This document shows, in pieces, positions 38,201 through 49,529 of a stretch of 64,000 nucleotides of DNA. Both the position numbers and the translations under genes were made by a program. Origin of the DNA: Bilabrum cf. latius (taxonomy: Eukaryota); NCBI GenBank assembly GCA_965178125.1, contig OZ237736.1:310001-374000 (forward strand), in the 5' to 3' direction. The notes beneath the pieces were generated by a model. The model was given only the letters and a program-made list of their open reading frames with translations. It was not told the origin of the DNA and searched no databases. How positions within the stretch are numbered: the first letter of the stretch is position 1; each line of letters opens with the position of its first letter.

Positions 38201-41200
38201 CAGTCCTGGTGCATCGATACGCAGTTGCTCCGATGATGATGCGCCTTCCAAAAGACCCTCTCCTGCCTCCTACATGCTCGATGGCAGCGAGATGGACGTC
38301 AGGCCCGTCAGCCCGCGCAGTGCGCCTGCATCCAGACTCGACATCTGCGTCATGGACAGGTCCAGCGACTGCAGGCCGGATGGGCCCGATCCGTCCTGGG
38401 CCGATGTGAAGGCGTCTGGCTCGATGGTGCTGAGACCCGACGGCAGCGAGATGGACGTCAGGCCCGTCAGCCCCCGCAGTGCGCCTGCATCCAGACTCGA
38501 CACCTGCGTCATGGACAGGTCCAGCGACTGCAGGCCGGATGGGCCCGATCCGTCCTCGGCCGATGTGAAGGCGTCTGGCTCGATGGTGCTGATGGTCGAT
38601 GGCAGCGTGATGGACGTCAGGCCCGTCAGCCCGCGCAGCACGCCTGCATCCAGACTCGACACCTGCGTCATGGACAGGTCCAGCGACTGCAGGCCGGATG
38701 GGCCCGATCCGTCCTCGGCCGATGTGAACGCGTCTGGCTCGATGGTGCTGATGGTCGATGGCAGCGTGATGGACGTCAGGCCCGTCAGCCCGCGCAGTGC
38801 GTCTGCATCCAGACTCGACACCTGCGTCATGGACAGGTCCAGCGACTGCAGGCCGGATGGGCCCGATCCGTCCTGGGCCGATGTGAACGCGTCTGGCTCG
38901 ATGGTGCTGAGTCCCTACGGCAGCGAGATGGACGTCAGGCCCGTCAGCCCGCGCAGTGCGCCTGCATCCAGACTCGACACCTGCGTCATGGACAGGTCCA
39001 GCGACTGCAGGCCGGATGGGCCCGATCCGTCCTGGGCCGATGTGAAGGCGTCTGGCTCGATGGTGCTGAGACCCGACGGCAGCGAGATGGACGTCAGGCC
39101 CGTCAGCCCGCGCAGCACGCCTGCATCCAGACTCGACACCTGCGTCATGGACAGGTCCAGCGACTGCAGGCCGGATGGGCCCGATCCGTCCTCGGCCGAT
39201 GTGAACGCGTCTGGCTCGATGGTGCTGATGGTCGATGGCAGCGTGATGGACGTCAGGCCCGTCAGCCCGCGCAGTGCACTTGCATCCAGACTCGACACCT
39301 GCGTCATGGACAGGTCCAGCGACTGCAGGCCGGATGGGCCCGATCCGTCCTCGGCCGATGTGAAGGCGTCTGGCTCGATGGTGCTGAGACCCGACGGCAG
39401 CGTGATGGACGTCAGGCCCGTCAGCCCGCGCAGTGCGCCTGCATCCAGACTCGACACCTGCGTCATGGACAGGTCCAGCGACTGCAGGCCGGATGGGCCC
39501 GATCCGTCCTCGGCCGATGTGAAGGCGTCTGGCTCGATGGTGCTGATGGTCGATGGCAGCGTGATGGACGTCAGGCCCGTCAGCCCGCGCAGTGCGCCTG
39601 CATCCAGACTCGACACCTGCGTCATGGACAGGTCCAGCGACTGCAGGCCGGATGGGCCCGATCCGTCCTCGGCCGATGTGAAGGCGTCTGGCTCGATGGT
39701 GCTGAGTCCCTACGGCAGCGAGATGGACGTCAGGCCCGTCAGCCCGCGCAGTGCGCCTGCATCCAGACTCGACACCTGCGTCATGGACAGGTCCAGCGAC
39801 TGCAGGCCGGATGGGCCCGATCCGTCCTCGGCCGATGTGAAGGCGTCTGGCTCGATGGTGCTGAGTCCCTACGGCAGCGTGATGGACGTCAGGCCCGTCA
39901 GCCCGCGCAGCGCGCCTGCATCCAGACTCGACACCTGCGTCATGGACAGGTCCAGCGACTGCAGGCCGGATGGGCCCGATCCGTCCTGGGCCGATGTGAA
40001 GGCGTCTGGCTCGATGGTGCTGATGGTCGATGGCAGCGAGATGGACGTCAGGCCCGTCAGCCCCCGCAGTGCGCCTGCATCCAGACTCGACATCTGCGTC
40101 ATGGACAGGTCCAGCGACTGCAGGCCGGATGGGCCCGATCCGTCCTGGGCCGATGTGAATGCCTCTCTGGCTATGCTTGTGAGATTGACTGGCAGCGTGA
40201 TGGACGTCAGGCCCGTCAGCCCGCGCAGTGCGCCTGCATCCAGACTCGACACCTGCGTCATGGACAGGTCCAGCGACTGCAGGCCGGATGGGCCCGATCC
40301 GTCCTCGGCCGATGTGAACGCGTCAGGCTCGATGGTGCTGATGGTTGATGGCAGTATAATCGCTTCTAGCGATCGATTGTCAGATGCGAGACTATGCCGC
40401 GGAATCTTAGTGAGGTTGGAGCACCTTGAGATGTCGATGGTACGTAGCCTTGGTGCACCACGAGCGAAATTCGCAGGCAGCCCGGTGAGGTCAGCTGGTA
40501 GTACAATGGTCTCCAGCGATGTCCAACCGGCAAGCACTGGCGTTACCTGGTCCATTGGCCACTGTGATACGACAGATGTAGCAGAGAAGTTTAGAGTTGT
40601 CACAGAGGTGTCAGCAAGTACGGCATCAAACCGAACAGTTGGCGGCTTGCACGATACGGTTACCGACCATGCCTGCACGCTTGATGGCGGGCTGGACTTG
40701 GACTCATAGTTGGACCCGAAGCAGTGCATCTTGCCAGTGTCTGCCTCGATCCCGCAGGTGTGACCACTGCCAGCAGACACGGCGGACCATGCTTGCACAC
40801 TCGGCGGTGGGCTGGACATAGAATTGGAGTCGGACCCGAAGCAGTGCATCTTTCCAGTGCCTGCCTCGATCCCGCAGGTATGGTCATAGCCGGCAGATAC
40901 GGCTGACCATGCCTGCACGCTCGATGGTGGGCTGGACTGGGAAGTATAGTCGGACCCGAAGCAGTGCATCTTGCCAGTACCTGCCTCGATTCCGCAGGTA
41001 TGAGTCCCGCCCACACCCACGGCGGACCATGCCTGCACGCTTGATGGTGGCGTGGCCCTGGAAAACCAGTTGGACCCAAAGCAGTGCATCTTGCCATTGC
41101 CTGCCTCGATCCCGCAGGTATGGTCTTCGCCAGCAGACACGGCAGACCATGCCTGCACGCTTGATGGTGGGCTGGTCTTTGGCAGAGATCTGACTCCATT

Positions 41201-41635
41201 GTCCGCAAAACAGTGCATCTTGCCAGTGTTCTTCTCGATCCCACAAGTATGAAATTCGCCCGCAGATACGGCGGACCATGCTAGCACGCTTGACGGTGGA
41301 GTGGTCCGAGAGGTTCCATTGGATCCTTCGTAACCAAAACAGTGCATCTTGCGAGTGCCTGCCTCGATGCCGCAGGTATGAGCTCCACCCGCAGCCACGG
41401 CAGACCATGCCAGCACGCTCGATGGTGGAGTGGACTTCGAAAAACTATTGTCTCCAAAGCAGTGCATTTTGCCAGTGCCTGCCTCAATTCCACAGGTGTG
41501 AGATCCGCCTGCCATCTCAAGCGACTAGCGTTCATGGAAGTCTTTGCACCAGTCTTCGCCCATCACTTGCACAGCCATCAAAAGGGCCGCCCCCAGGAAC
41601 AAAATACCTGCATGTCTTGTCTAAATAGCAGGCAT
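35255..41635 (-). CDS. surface receptor-like protein copy 2, about 2126 aa, 13 LRR units
   Basis: Single frame from ATG41635 (MPAI*TRHAGILFLGAALLMAVQVMG) to TGA35255, interrupted only by TAG; collinear with copy 1. Confidence 0.88.
38280..40347 (-). repeat. coding tandem array: 13 x 159 bp LRR units
   Basis: Same unit as 30063-32235; one unit carries the divergent VNLTSIAREAF variant. Confidence 0.95.
40665..41515 (-). repeat. 7 RCC1/BLIP-II-like repeats, copy 2
   Basis: Seven GxxHTCGIE..GKMHCF(G/A) units. Confidence 0.85.
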
Positions 41636-41797
41636 CGATGGTGCTGGGCTAGCGATGCGCCACGAAGTTTATGGCTGGGTGAAGGGCTACCACTGGGTGA
41701 TAAATTGGGTGTGGGTGAAATAAATCCGGAATCCGGCTCCGGAAAAGCGAAGTTGTTACGGAACCTCATCATCATGGTGGTTTGCGCGGCGACCTGG

Positions 41798-42938
41798 ATT
41801 TGTGATGGCGCTTCAAGTTATCTGGTTACGTCCGACACAGTCACTAGTAGCAATCATCCCTCATGTAGGCCACGCTTGCCCTCCGGCTCGCGTGACCGTG
41901 CTCCGTCCATACTCGCTCTCGTCTCCTGCTCGCCTCGCCTCGTTCTCGTTATCAGTCGCACGTCGTCTTCGTTCTCCTACTTCTCTCCTCCTTCCGTGGC
42001 GCTGTGGTATTGGCTGGTGTTTGCTGTTATGCCAGCCTTTGTAGGGAAAGCTCCGGGGGGGTCTGATATTTTGTGGACTCAACTCAAAAGCGCGCGCTAT
42101 CACGAAGAAACATCTGGAACGAGGGCCCGGGACCTACCAGACTTCACGCTTCGGCTGCAATGGCCTAAACCACCTAAGCTCCACCCTGGGGACCCATTTC
42201 CCCCTGGGGAGCGTCAGCGTTCACGTTCCCTCCGGCGCCCGCTGCCGGCACCCCGTCCTGCTGCCCGTTCTGAGCCAACCCTGCCTTGACGTTGGCGATC
42301 GCCACGGCGAGGTTGTTGTTTTCTGCTGCCCCTACAGCCAGGCTGGCAAAGTCCTCCCGGACCGCCCTTGCGAGCGCCCGTTTGGCCTTCGCTGCAGCCC
42401 TCCTCGATCCCTTCGAGACAAAATCGAGGATCCTTGAGTGGTCCTGCATGACCCGTGAGTACATAGTGTGGTACACACGCTGTTCCCCGCGCACGTGCTG
42501 GTGCTAGGCGGCAACGGAGAGGCTTGCCTTTGCCACAGAAGACCACGAGAGGCGTGCGTTGGCCGGACGAGTCGAAACCCGCCGCCCTTTGTCCTCCTAC
42601 CTCTTCTTCCGCAACTTGTCGAGCACCTGCAGGAACTCGACCGACTTCTCCCCGATTCCCCCCAACACGTCCACCACAAAGGGTACGACCCGCACGCCAC
42701 TGCGTACCGCCCCTTTCTGCGTCCTCACGGTCCCAGGACACCACTTGTCTTCTCCTCCGATCCGGACGCCGAGCGCTCCGATGTCGACGGGCCTGCCGTA
42801 GCTGGCCAGCTTCGTGGCATGCGCGGCCCGCAAAGCAGACCCCTCTTGCCAGTCGCTGCCAATCCTCCACGACGAGCGGTCCCAAGGTGATGATGATGAT
42901 TGAATGTAACGATACGACTTTTCACATAAATTTATCCT
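41798..42938 (-). mobile_element. 5'-truncated non-LTR retrotransposon (RLE/CRE-like endonuclease tail; ORF ends at TGA 42144)
   Basis: Absent from the equivalent site in unit 1 (33671-33675). Encodes ALRAAHATKLASY...VVPFVVDVLGGIGEKSVEFLQVL...ASLSVAA*HQH, resembling the K..KY / PF..E..G / SVAxQRG motifs of CRE-clade RLE domains. Confidence 0.7.
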
Positions 42939-43189
42939 ATCAGAAGTCACCGTCAGCTCGTGGATTCTCGTGAGACATTAATCTAGGCTTTTTTATTGTT
43001 TCGATTGATTTTAAACAAGTGTAAGTACCAATGATGGTGGTGAACTGGTCGAATTTTCCCAGATACGGGCGAACATAATGCACACTGCCGCCTGGTTCAT
43101 CGGTTTCAGGGATTTTAGTCGGCCATCGGTAACAAGTTGCATCCCTAGATATAAATTTTCATCTACCGCAGCGGATACAACACTCAGCC

Positions 43190-46100
43190 ATGGCAGCATC
43201 CGGGGCTGGATAGGATGCTTCAGTGCCCCGGCAAGGCCAGCAACTTCATGGAGAATCAGGACCCCTTGAGCAGCTTCGTAGAACGTTTGCCTTTGCTCGA
43301 TCGTAAGATTTTAGAGGGCTTCGCCAGGTGCAGCTAAATCATGGTGCGTCCCATTTCTTGCTTGCTCGGGTTGGCGTTTAAATTTGCGCAGCCAGGGAAA
43401 CTCCAACTACTCCAAGAAGCGATTCCTGGAAGCCATTGATCTGTACACGATCGCACTAGAAGCCGTGGAGGAGTACGATCGAGAGTGTGAACCCGTGATT
43501 CGAGAGCGGGAGCAGCTGCTCGCTCCCAAGGGCGAGGCCGCAGGCAGGCGCCTGGAGCTCCTCCAAAGCTACCTGGCAGTCCTCGCGAATCGCGCCGTCT
43601 CGAACGAATCAGCGCTCCGTCCGCACGCCGCCCTTCGCGACGCGCGGAGACTGGTCACGCTCCTCGATCCATGGATGCGAGCACTTGCCCCCGACGGGAG
43701 CAAGCGGGAAGGCGCCGTGCTCGTCCTAGACCGCAAGATGCCATACAACCCAGACACTGCCCTTTTCAGGCTTGCCACCGCCCATGCGATTTGCGGGTCG
43801 CATGCTGCATCAATCAGGGTGAAGCGAATCGCGGACGCCCGGCGGGCAGCTGCCGACAAGGCGGCAGCAGCTGCCGGGGAGAAACCGACAGATCCAGAAT
43901 CTCCTCACTGTGAGTAGGAATGGCTGCAGTCACATCGCCATCTTAAAGACAACTGTGCTCAGCGTGGTTCCTCTTCTTGTTTGCCCCAATGGTTTGACAT
44001 GATGATGATGATGATGATCGCACTCATTCACGACCGTTTGTCTCTCCTCAAGCGTCTCTATCATTTCGCAGTCAAGCGCTGGATCGACCTGGAGAAGCGG
44101 TGGTCTGCCCAGCTGCAGAGCGGCGACTTCGCCAAAGAGAACGCCCTCGCGCTCACAGGCCCCCTCCCCCGGGGGCTCTTCCTCGTGCCCGGGCCCGAGG
44201 GACAGGGGCAGGAGGAGTCCAAGGACGCGGCCAACGGGCTGTCCGTAGACGGGTTGACTGATGACACCCTTCGCATGGGCCTGTTCCCCGCCCCAGGGGC
44301 CCTTCCAGCCACCGCGCTGCTGGCGCTCAGGAAGGCAGCGGCGGCCGGCGCGGCTGCCTTTGGTTCCGCAAGCGAGAGCGGCGCCGCCAGCAGCGGTCCC
44401 GCCGCGGGGGACAGCGCAGGTCCTGCGTCGTCTCCGGCGGGTGAGCACCCGTTGGAGGTACCGATCGCCGAGGAGCTTCCAGGCAACCCAAAGGATCCCA
44501 AGTCGTGGCCCACGATCGCCGGCGTCGTAGAGCAGGCCGGGGATGTTGGGGAACAAGGCAAGCCCACGGCCGCCGTCTTGATCAAGGCACTCGCCGCGGC
44601 GAGGCGAATGGCCGCAACTGCACGACTGGCGCTGCGGCAGGGGCAAGACCCGTCCGTGGCCGAGTCGGCGGTCACGCGCGGCCTCCAGATCCTGCAGCTG
44701 AAGCTGGATGGCAAGAGGGCGGCTTCCGTGCCTGCTGCCGCCAGAGCCGCTCTGGAGAGACACAAGATGCCGCTGCTGGCTGTCCGCGCGGTGGTGCAGG
44801 CGCTGGAAGGCGAGTGGGACGACGTGCAGGCTGACGCTGGCAGAGTGATGGCTAGACTCGGCGTGGGGGAGGGCGAGACGGCCCGGCAGCGCGCGACCAA
44901 GGAGAGCCTGATCGACCGGGAGCTGGAGGATGCTGATAGCGTGCTACTGCTCGCGGCGGTGGCGGCCCAGAGGCTGGGCGATTTTAGGGCCGCTGCGAGC
45001 GACTGGATCAGGCTCCGGCGGAGGAGGAACGGCAGGGGCCTCGGCCAGGAGGGGCAGGCGGCCAGGAGCATCGCGCTGTGCTCGCAGGCGCTTAGCAACA
45101 AGCGGATGTACAAGGAGCAGAAAGAGGCCATCGAAGAGGCGGGTGGGTATGGGTCTCCCGTCAAGCCGCCAGCGGGAGACACGGGTGTGGTGGTGGGCGA
45201 GCTGATTGAGGGGCTGCACGACACCATCGGCGAGGTCGAGGACGATGAGGTGGTCGGCGGGGACGGTGGAGAGGACGACAGTGAGGACGATGATGACAGC
45301 GAGGCGGATGAAGACGAGGACGAGGAGCCCGAGGACCTGGACACTGGTGACGAGCCACCGCCCCAGATGCGCGTGGTGCTGTGCAAGCACACGCGCGGGC
45401 CCATGCCCCCGCCTGTCCCCGTGCCCTCCAACGCAGCCACTCTGACTCGCGGTGTGGGTCCCACCCGCGTGCTGGTGCTAGTGGACCTGGACTTTAGGCT
45501 GTCGGAGAGGGTGGCTCAGGCGATGCTAGGGCCCGCCATTGCCGAGGAGCACAGGAGATCCGTAGAGAGCGGGCAGAAGATGATCCGCATGCTGCAAGGC
45601 GAGGTGCAGAAGAGGGAGGCGGTGCTGCAGCAGCTGATGAGCCGGGCAGAGGCTGCTGGGGCCAAACGTCCCGCTGATCTGGACCAGCAGGTGTCCAACA
45701 GCATGTCAGTCCTGCAGCAGATGCGCATGCGCCTGCAGTCCGTGATTCAGACGACCCAGGCGACCGCCCAATCGGAGCCGCACGTGAGGGCACTCAACCT
45801 GAGAAACTGGCGGATGGTAGACTGGTCCAGGGAACAAGCTGTTATCGTCCTCAGCGGTCCTCGGAGGGGCTGGCTGGAGGACGACGGGAGCGATCCCAAC
45901 GGCTTCGTCAGGTGGCTCTCCGGTGCCGTCCCGGGGACAGATCGGGTGGAGGTGCCGGTCAACACGCGCCCGCCGCTCGGCCACATCTGCTTTGGCGTGC
46001 TGACTTGTACCCATTCCGGCTACTTTCAGCAAACGAGTGCGTACGCCATCACGATCGCAAAGCTGATGCAGGCGTGCGGCGCCGAGCAGATCGTAGAGAT

Positions 46101-48675
46101 CGCTGAGGTGGACACGGCCAAGGGACCCAACGTGCTTCACGAAGTGGCAGCCGTGTGGTGCGATAAGACTGCCAAGGCGATCGTGAAGATGGCCAATGAG
46201 AGGCTGCTCGGGCCTTCCAACCTCTCAGCTGGGCTGCCGCGGTCGCCAGAGACGTTCGACTATCTGGCAGTTGCGTGCGACGGCGAGTCGATGGGGTGGC
46301 GCGGGGGTGACGGCAGGCCACCGACGGGCGCGAAGGGGGAGGACGGTCTCATTGGCATGAAGCGGCTGCAAGATTTCGCCATGCGTGCCACGCCACGGTC
46401 CGCCGCCCACAGGCTCCGCCCGGTCCCGATTCGCCTGCTGTCCGTGCGCGGGGTGGGGTCGGGCAAGGAGCCAGCCGAGGCCGCGGCTGCCACGGACAAG
46501 GCGTGGGATGAGACGAGGTCGGCCGGTGCGCCAGACCTGCTCGAGCTCCGGTTCGAGGTGGCTGACCCCTTGCTTACGCTTGCGCCGCATTTCGGAGTCG
46601 CAGGGTTTCTGGGACCCAACGGGGCCCCTCAGCCTGCCCTCAAGTCCGGCGGCGAGCTTGGGATTGCCGGCGGGCTGTCACCAGGAGATGCCGTTGGACT
46701 GCTTCTTCCCGAGCCCGAAGACCTGGCCAATGACGTGCTCAAACTGCTAAGGGTGTCTAAAGACGCGGAGGCGCCTGCCCCTGCCTACATTACGCAGGAG
46801 TACCCCCAAGAACGTATCGTGCCTTCCTTCAGGCAGGTCGCCAAGCAGATCACGCAGGCGCTGCCATCCGAGTATCCCTTGGACCAGGACCCGAGCACGA
46901 TGTCCTTTGTGCTTCAGGATATCATGTCCTGGGACACAAGCGAGGATGTGGCACCATTCCAGGGCCGCAGCAGCCTCCCCGACGCCGAGATTCCCCGGCG
47001 AACGGCGCTGCATTCCGAGGACGGCACGATCCCGGAGGGCCTGCCGAGCGCGCCCTTGCCACCCGTGGTGGATGCAAGCCCGGCGAGCGTGCGCCAGCGT
47101 GAGGTGTGCAGGATCGGAGAGGGGCTGGGCAAGCTCTGGAAGCTCTCGAGCGCCCAACCGCAGCTGCTGGACTGGTGCCGGGGCTGCCTGCAGCTGCACG
47201 CTGCGCAGACCAAGGGCAGCGAGGGTGACGAAGCCATCGCTGCAGAGCTGGGGCGCCTGGACTTGGAGTTCCAGCGGCTGGTTCTGGCTCGCGCGGCCAA
47301 GGCGGTGGAAGGACCCGCTGCTGCCGTCGCTGCTCGCGATTTGGAGCTGGCCGGTGGGGACGAAGGCAGCGTCTGCCTCCACCCGCAGCTCCGCAGCCAG
47401 ACGCCGTCCATGCCGCTGCCTACCGCGGGGGACGGCTCGATCGATCAAGCGAAGCTGGCAGAGTTCGTCAGGCACCTGACGGTGCCGCAGGTGATGCAGG
47501 CCGCGAACGAAGCAGCTGGGTCCGAGACTGTGTGCGCGTGTCCGTCCCACCTGAAGCAGGACATCAAGCTCGGCTGCGCAGGCAGCCAGCGGCAGTGGCT
47601 CGGTCACTTTGCGGCCGCGCTTGGTCCCGTGAGCGCAACCCTAGTGCCTGTGTCTTCGGGCGTGGCCGATCTGGCAGCAGCCAGGGCAACCGTGCGCCGC
47701 GCAGCAGACACAGGGGCCGGAGGTGCCGCGGCCAGTGGGGCTGGTGGACCCGGCCAGCCGTCGAGTGCGTCAGGTGCAGGGGGAGAGCCCATGTACACTG
47801 CGTCCGTCATTATCAGTGCCAGCAACCTCCCTCTCGGTGCCAAGTCATCGGCAGCACTGAGGCCGGGCACCGTTCTCGGCATGTACCCCCACCGTGGAGT
47901 CTGGCCGTGTGCACCGGCGGCGAGCGCCCTGCCCTGCACGCTCGTGTGCGAGGGGGATGGGATGGGCCTCGCGCGCGTGGTCGTCATGGAGCGGCTTCGC
48001 ACCGGCGCGGCCGGCAAGACCACCGTCGTTGCCATCGTTCCCGCCGTGGAGGCAGAGGCGGCCGGCGGGGACGGTGCAGAGGCGGCCGTCGGAACAGCAT
48101 CTGCTACTTCTGCGGCTGGTGACGGCAGGGATGCTGCGGCTGGGGCACTGCCGGTCTCCGCCTCCGGTACTGAGGGTGAATGTGCTGGCGATGCAGCCGT
48201 GGCAGCGGCTGCCCGTGCCACGTCGGTGCTAGGAGAGTTGCGTGCACTTTCGAGGGGTGGCCACATCGATCTGGTGGTGGTGTCCGGGTCGACGAGCGCG
48301 GAGGCTGGTGCCAGGGCGAGGGCCTGGAGGCAGGGGATCGACGGTTCGCTGGACGAGAAGGTCAGGGACAGGCTCCTTGCGGCGGGCGCTGCCGATGGGG
48401 CGCACTGGCTGCAGGCCGTGGCTCTCGAGAGGTCGGCTGAGGCATGCAGGGCCATGCGAAGGGCGGTGTGCGACCAGGTCGGGTCCATCTGGTTCTGCGG
48501 GAGCAGGCGCCGCATCGGCGCGATTCCCCAGATGAGCTTCGCGGTGACTGCCGCAGCGTTCGCCGGCGGGGAGGAGGGCAAGCCATTGCAGCCTGGTAAG
48601 CTGCCCCCGCCAAGGCTGCAGTCGCTCGTTGCCAAGAAGCAGGCCAGGGGACAGTTCCAGATGGTCATATGCTGA
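43190..48675 (+). CDS. TPR protein fused to a degenerate diflavin (CPR/NDOR1-like) reductase; exons 43190-43302, 43392-43909, 44072-48675
   Basis: ARSQGNSNYSKKRFLEAIDLYTIALE..VLANRA (TPR); LGHICFGVLTCTHSGY..LMQACGAEQIVEIAEVD (flavodoxin-like); LELRFEV..SPGDAVGLL (FAD-binding-like); PCTLVCEGDGMGLARVVVMER, GSIWFCGS and ARGQFQMVIC (FNR-like). Confidence 0.72.
43303..43391 (+). other. spliceosomal intron, 89 nt
   Basis: GTAAGA...TTGCGCAG; phase 2 join gives RSQGN. Confidence 0.72.
43910..44071 (+). other. spliceosomal intron, 162 nt, containing an (ATG)n microsatellite
   Basis: GTGAGT...TTTCGCAG; the join gives PHFKRW. The intron is itself frame-preserving, so retention cannot be excluded. Confidence 0.7.
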
Positions 48676-48839
48676 GGAGGAGCTGTTTGCGGGCAGTGGC
48701 AGCGTAGAGTGGGGCTCTGCTGTGGGGCGCTGATGTGTGTGATTTTCGCTGAAACGATAGAACTCGAAATATCCTGACACACGCCAATGATAGCTGTATG
48801 CCTAGATGTAGATGGAACCATGCTGCCAACCTATTCGCG

Positions 48840-49415
48840 TTATCTTCGCAGCTGGGAAACATCGCTGTCAAATACTAAATTTTTCATTTCCTCCTGAACG
48901 TCTCGCGAGGTAGATGCCCCGGTGCGCTTCCCTTGTGATGCTGCTCCTGGCACGGGAGAGCCAACGTGCCTAGCTGTCATTGTTCGGCACAGACTTGGTG
49001 GCAGCGCTCTCTATGCACTCCTGTTGACAACTGCTCCCGCATACGACCCACTTGGCTATATGCTACAAAGAACTAGGGGTCTATCGGAATTCATCGTGTG
49101 GCGCACGGCAGCGGGAGCGAATCCGCTAGAAGCTGCAATAATGCCCACGGATGCAGTCACCGAGGATTTTTGGCCATCGAACTGGGCCAACGATCCTTCC
49201 AGCTCCCGCACCGACTTGACAGGAAGAGGTTTGCTAGTTCTTTTGCACTACACAGCTATCGTCGTGTTTTGTGGACCATCACCAAGCAAGTCAATCCCAC
49301 CATCCGAAGGACCCCCGACGCGCAGGAAACTGGCGACACGAAGTCGCTGCAAAGTAGCCCCAACTACGTGCTCATATTCGGTTCCTGCAGCCACAAAGCT
49401 TTTCCATCGCCGCAT
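48840..49415 (-). CDS. RRG7/DUF2034-like, Mrr-type PD-(D/E)xK nuclease-fold protein
   Basis: GTEYE..RVGGPSDGGIDL..IAV*CK..VRELEGSL..VGIIAASSGF matches the family with *=Q. Ends at TAA. Alternative starts at 49451 and 49508. Confidence 0.85.
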
Positions 49416-49529
49416 CCTTGCCAGCAGTGCACAATTCGCGCAGTTGCACATGGTGATTTTTCGAAGCCGGGTGACGAGCAACTTAATTTGGCTCTGCAGC
49501 CCGACCATATCTTATCTTTCTCTTACACA

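Larger units (their letters stand above)
34412..43333. repeat. tandem segmental duplication, unit 2 (with two insertions)
   Basis: Collinear with 26509-34029, with extra DNA at about 34608-34875 and 41798-42938. Confidence 0.88.

Noticed and set aside
30063-40347. CRISPR array or diversity-generating retroelement
   Set aside because: Units are contiguous in-frame coding repeats with no unique spacers, cas genes, template repeat or linked reverse transcriptase.
30000-40709. Long + strand ORFs 30000..32537 (845 aa) and 38274..40709 (811 aa)
   Set aside because: They are antisense shadows of the LRR arrays; the - strand gives canonical LRR motifs within complete genes.
27035-41635. TAG = Leu, Tyr, Lys, Glu, Ser, Trp (A-to-I editing) or pyrrolysine
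   Set aside because: Such pairings (28055 L, 29855 Y, 32534 K, 37220 E, repeat S) are isolated, while Gln recurs in six paralog pairs and four conserved motifs. U-to-C editing is unlikely because only TAG is involved, but it needs RNA data to exclude.
43981-44071. MPQWFDMMMMMM as the start of the 1564-aa ORF
   Set aside because: It lies in the inferred intron 43910-44071 and derives from an (ATG)n microsatellite.
48840-49415. Prokaryotic restriction or defence system
   Set aside because: The Mrr-like fold fits the eukaryotic RRG7/DUF2034 family, there is no methyltransferase, and the neighbours are eukaryotic intron-bearing genes.
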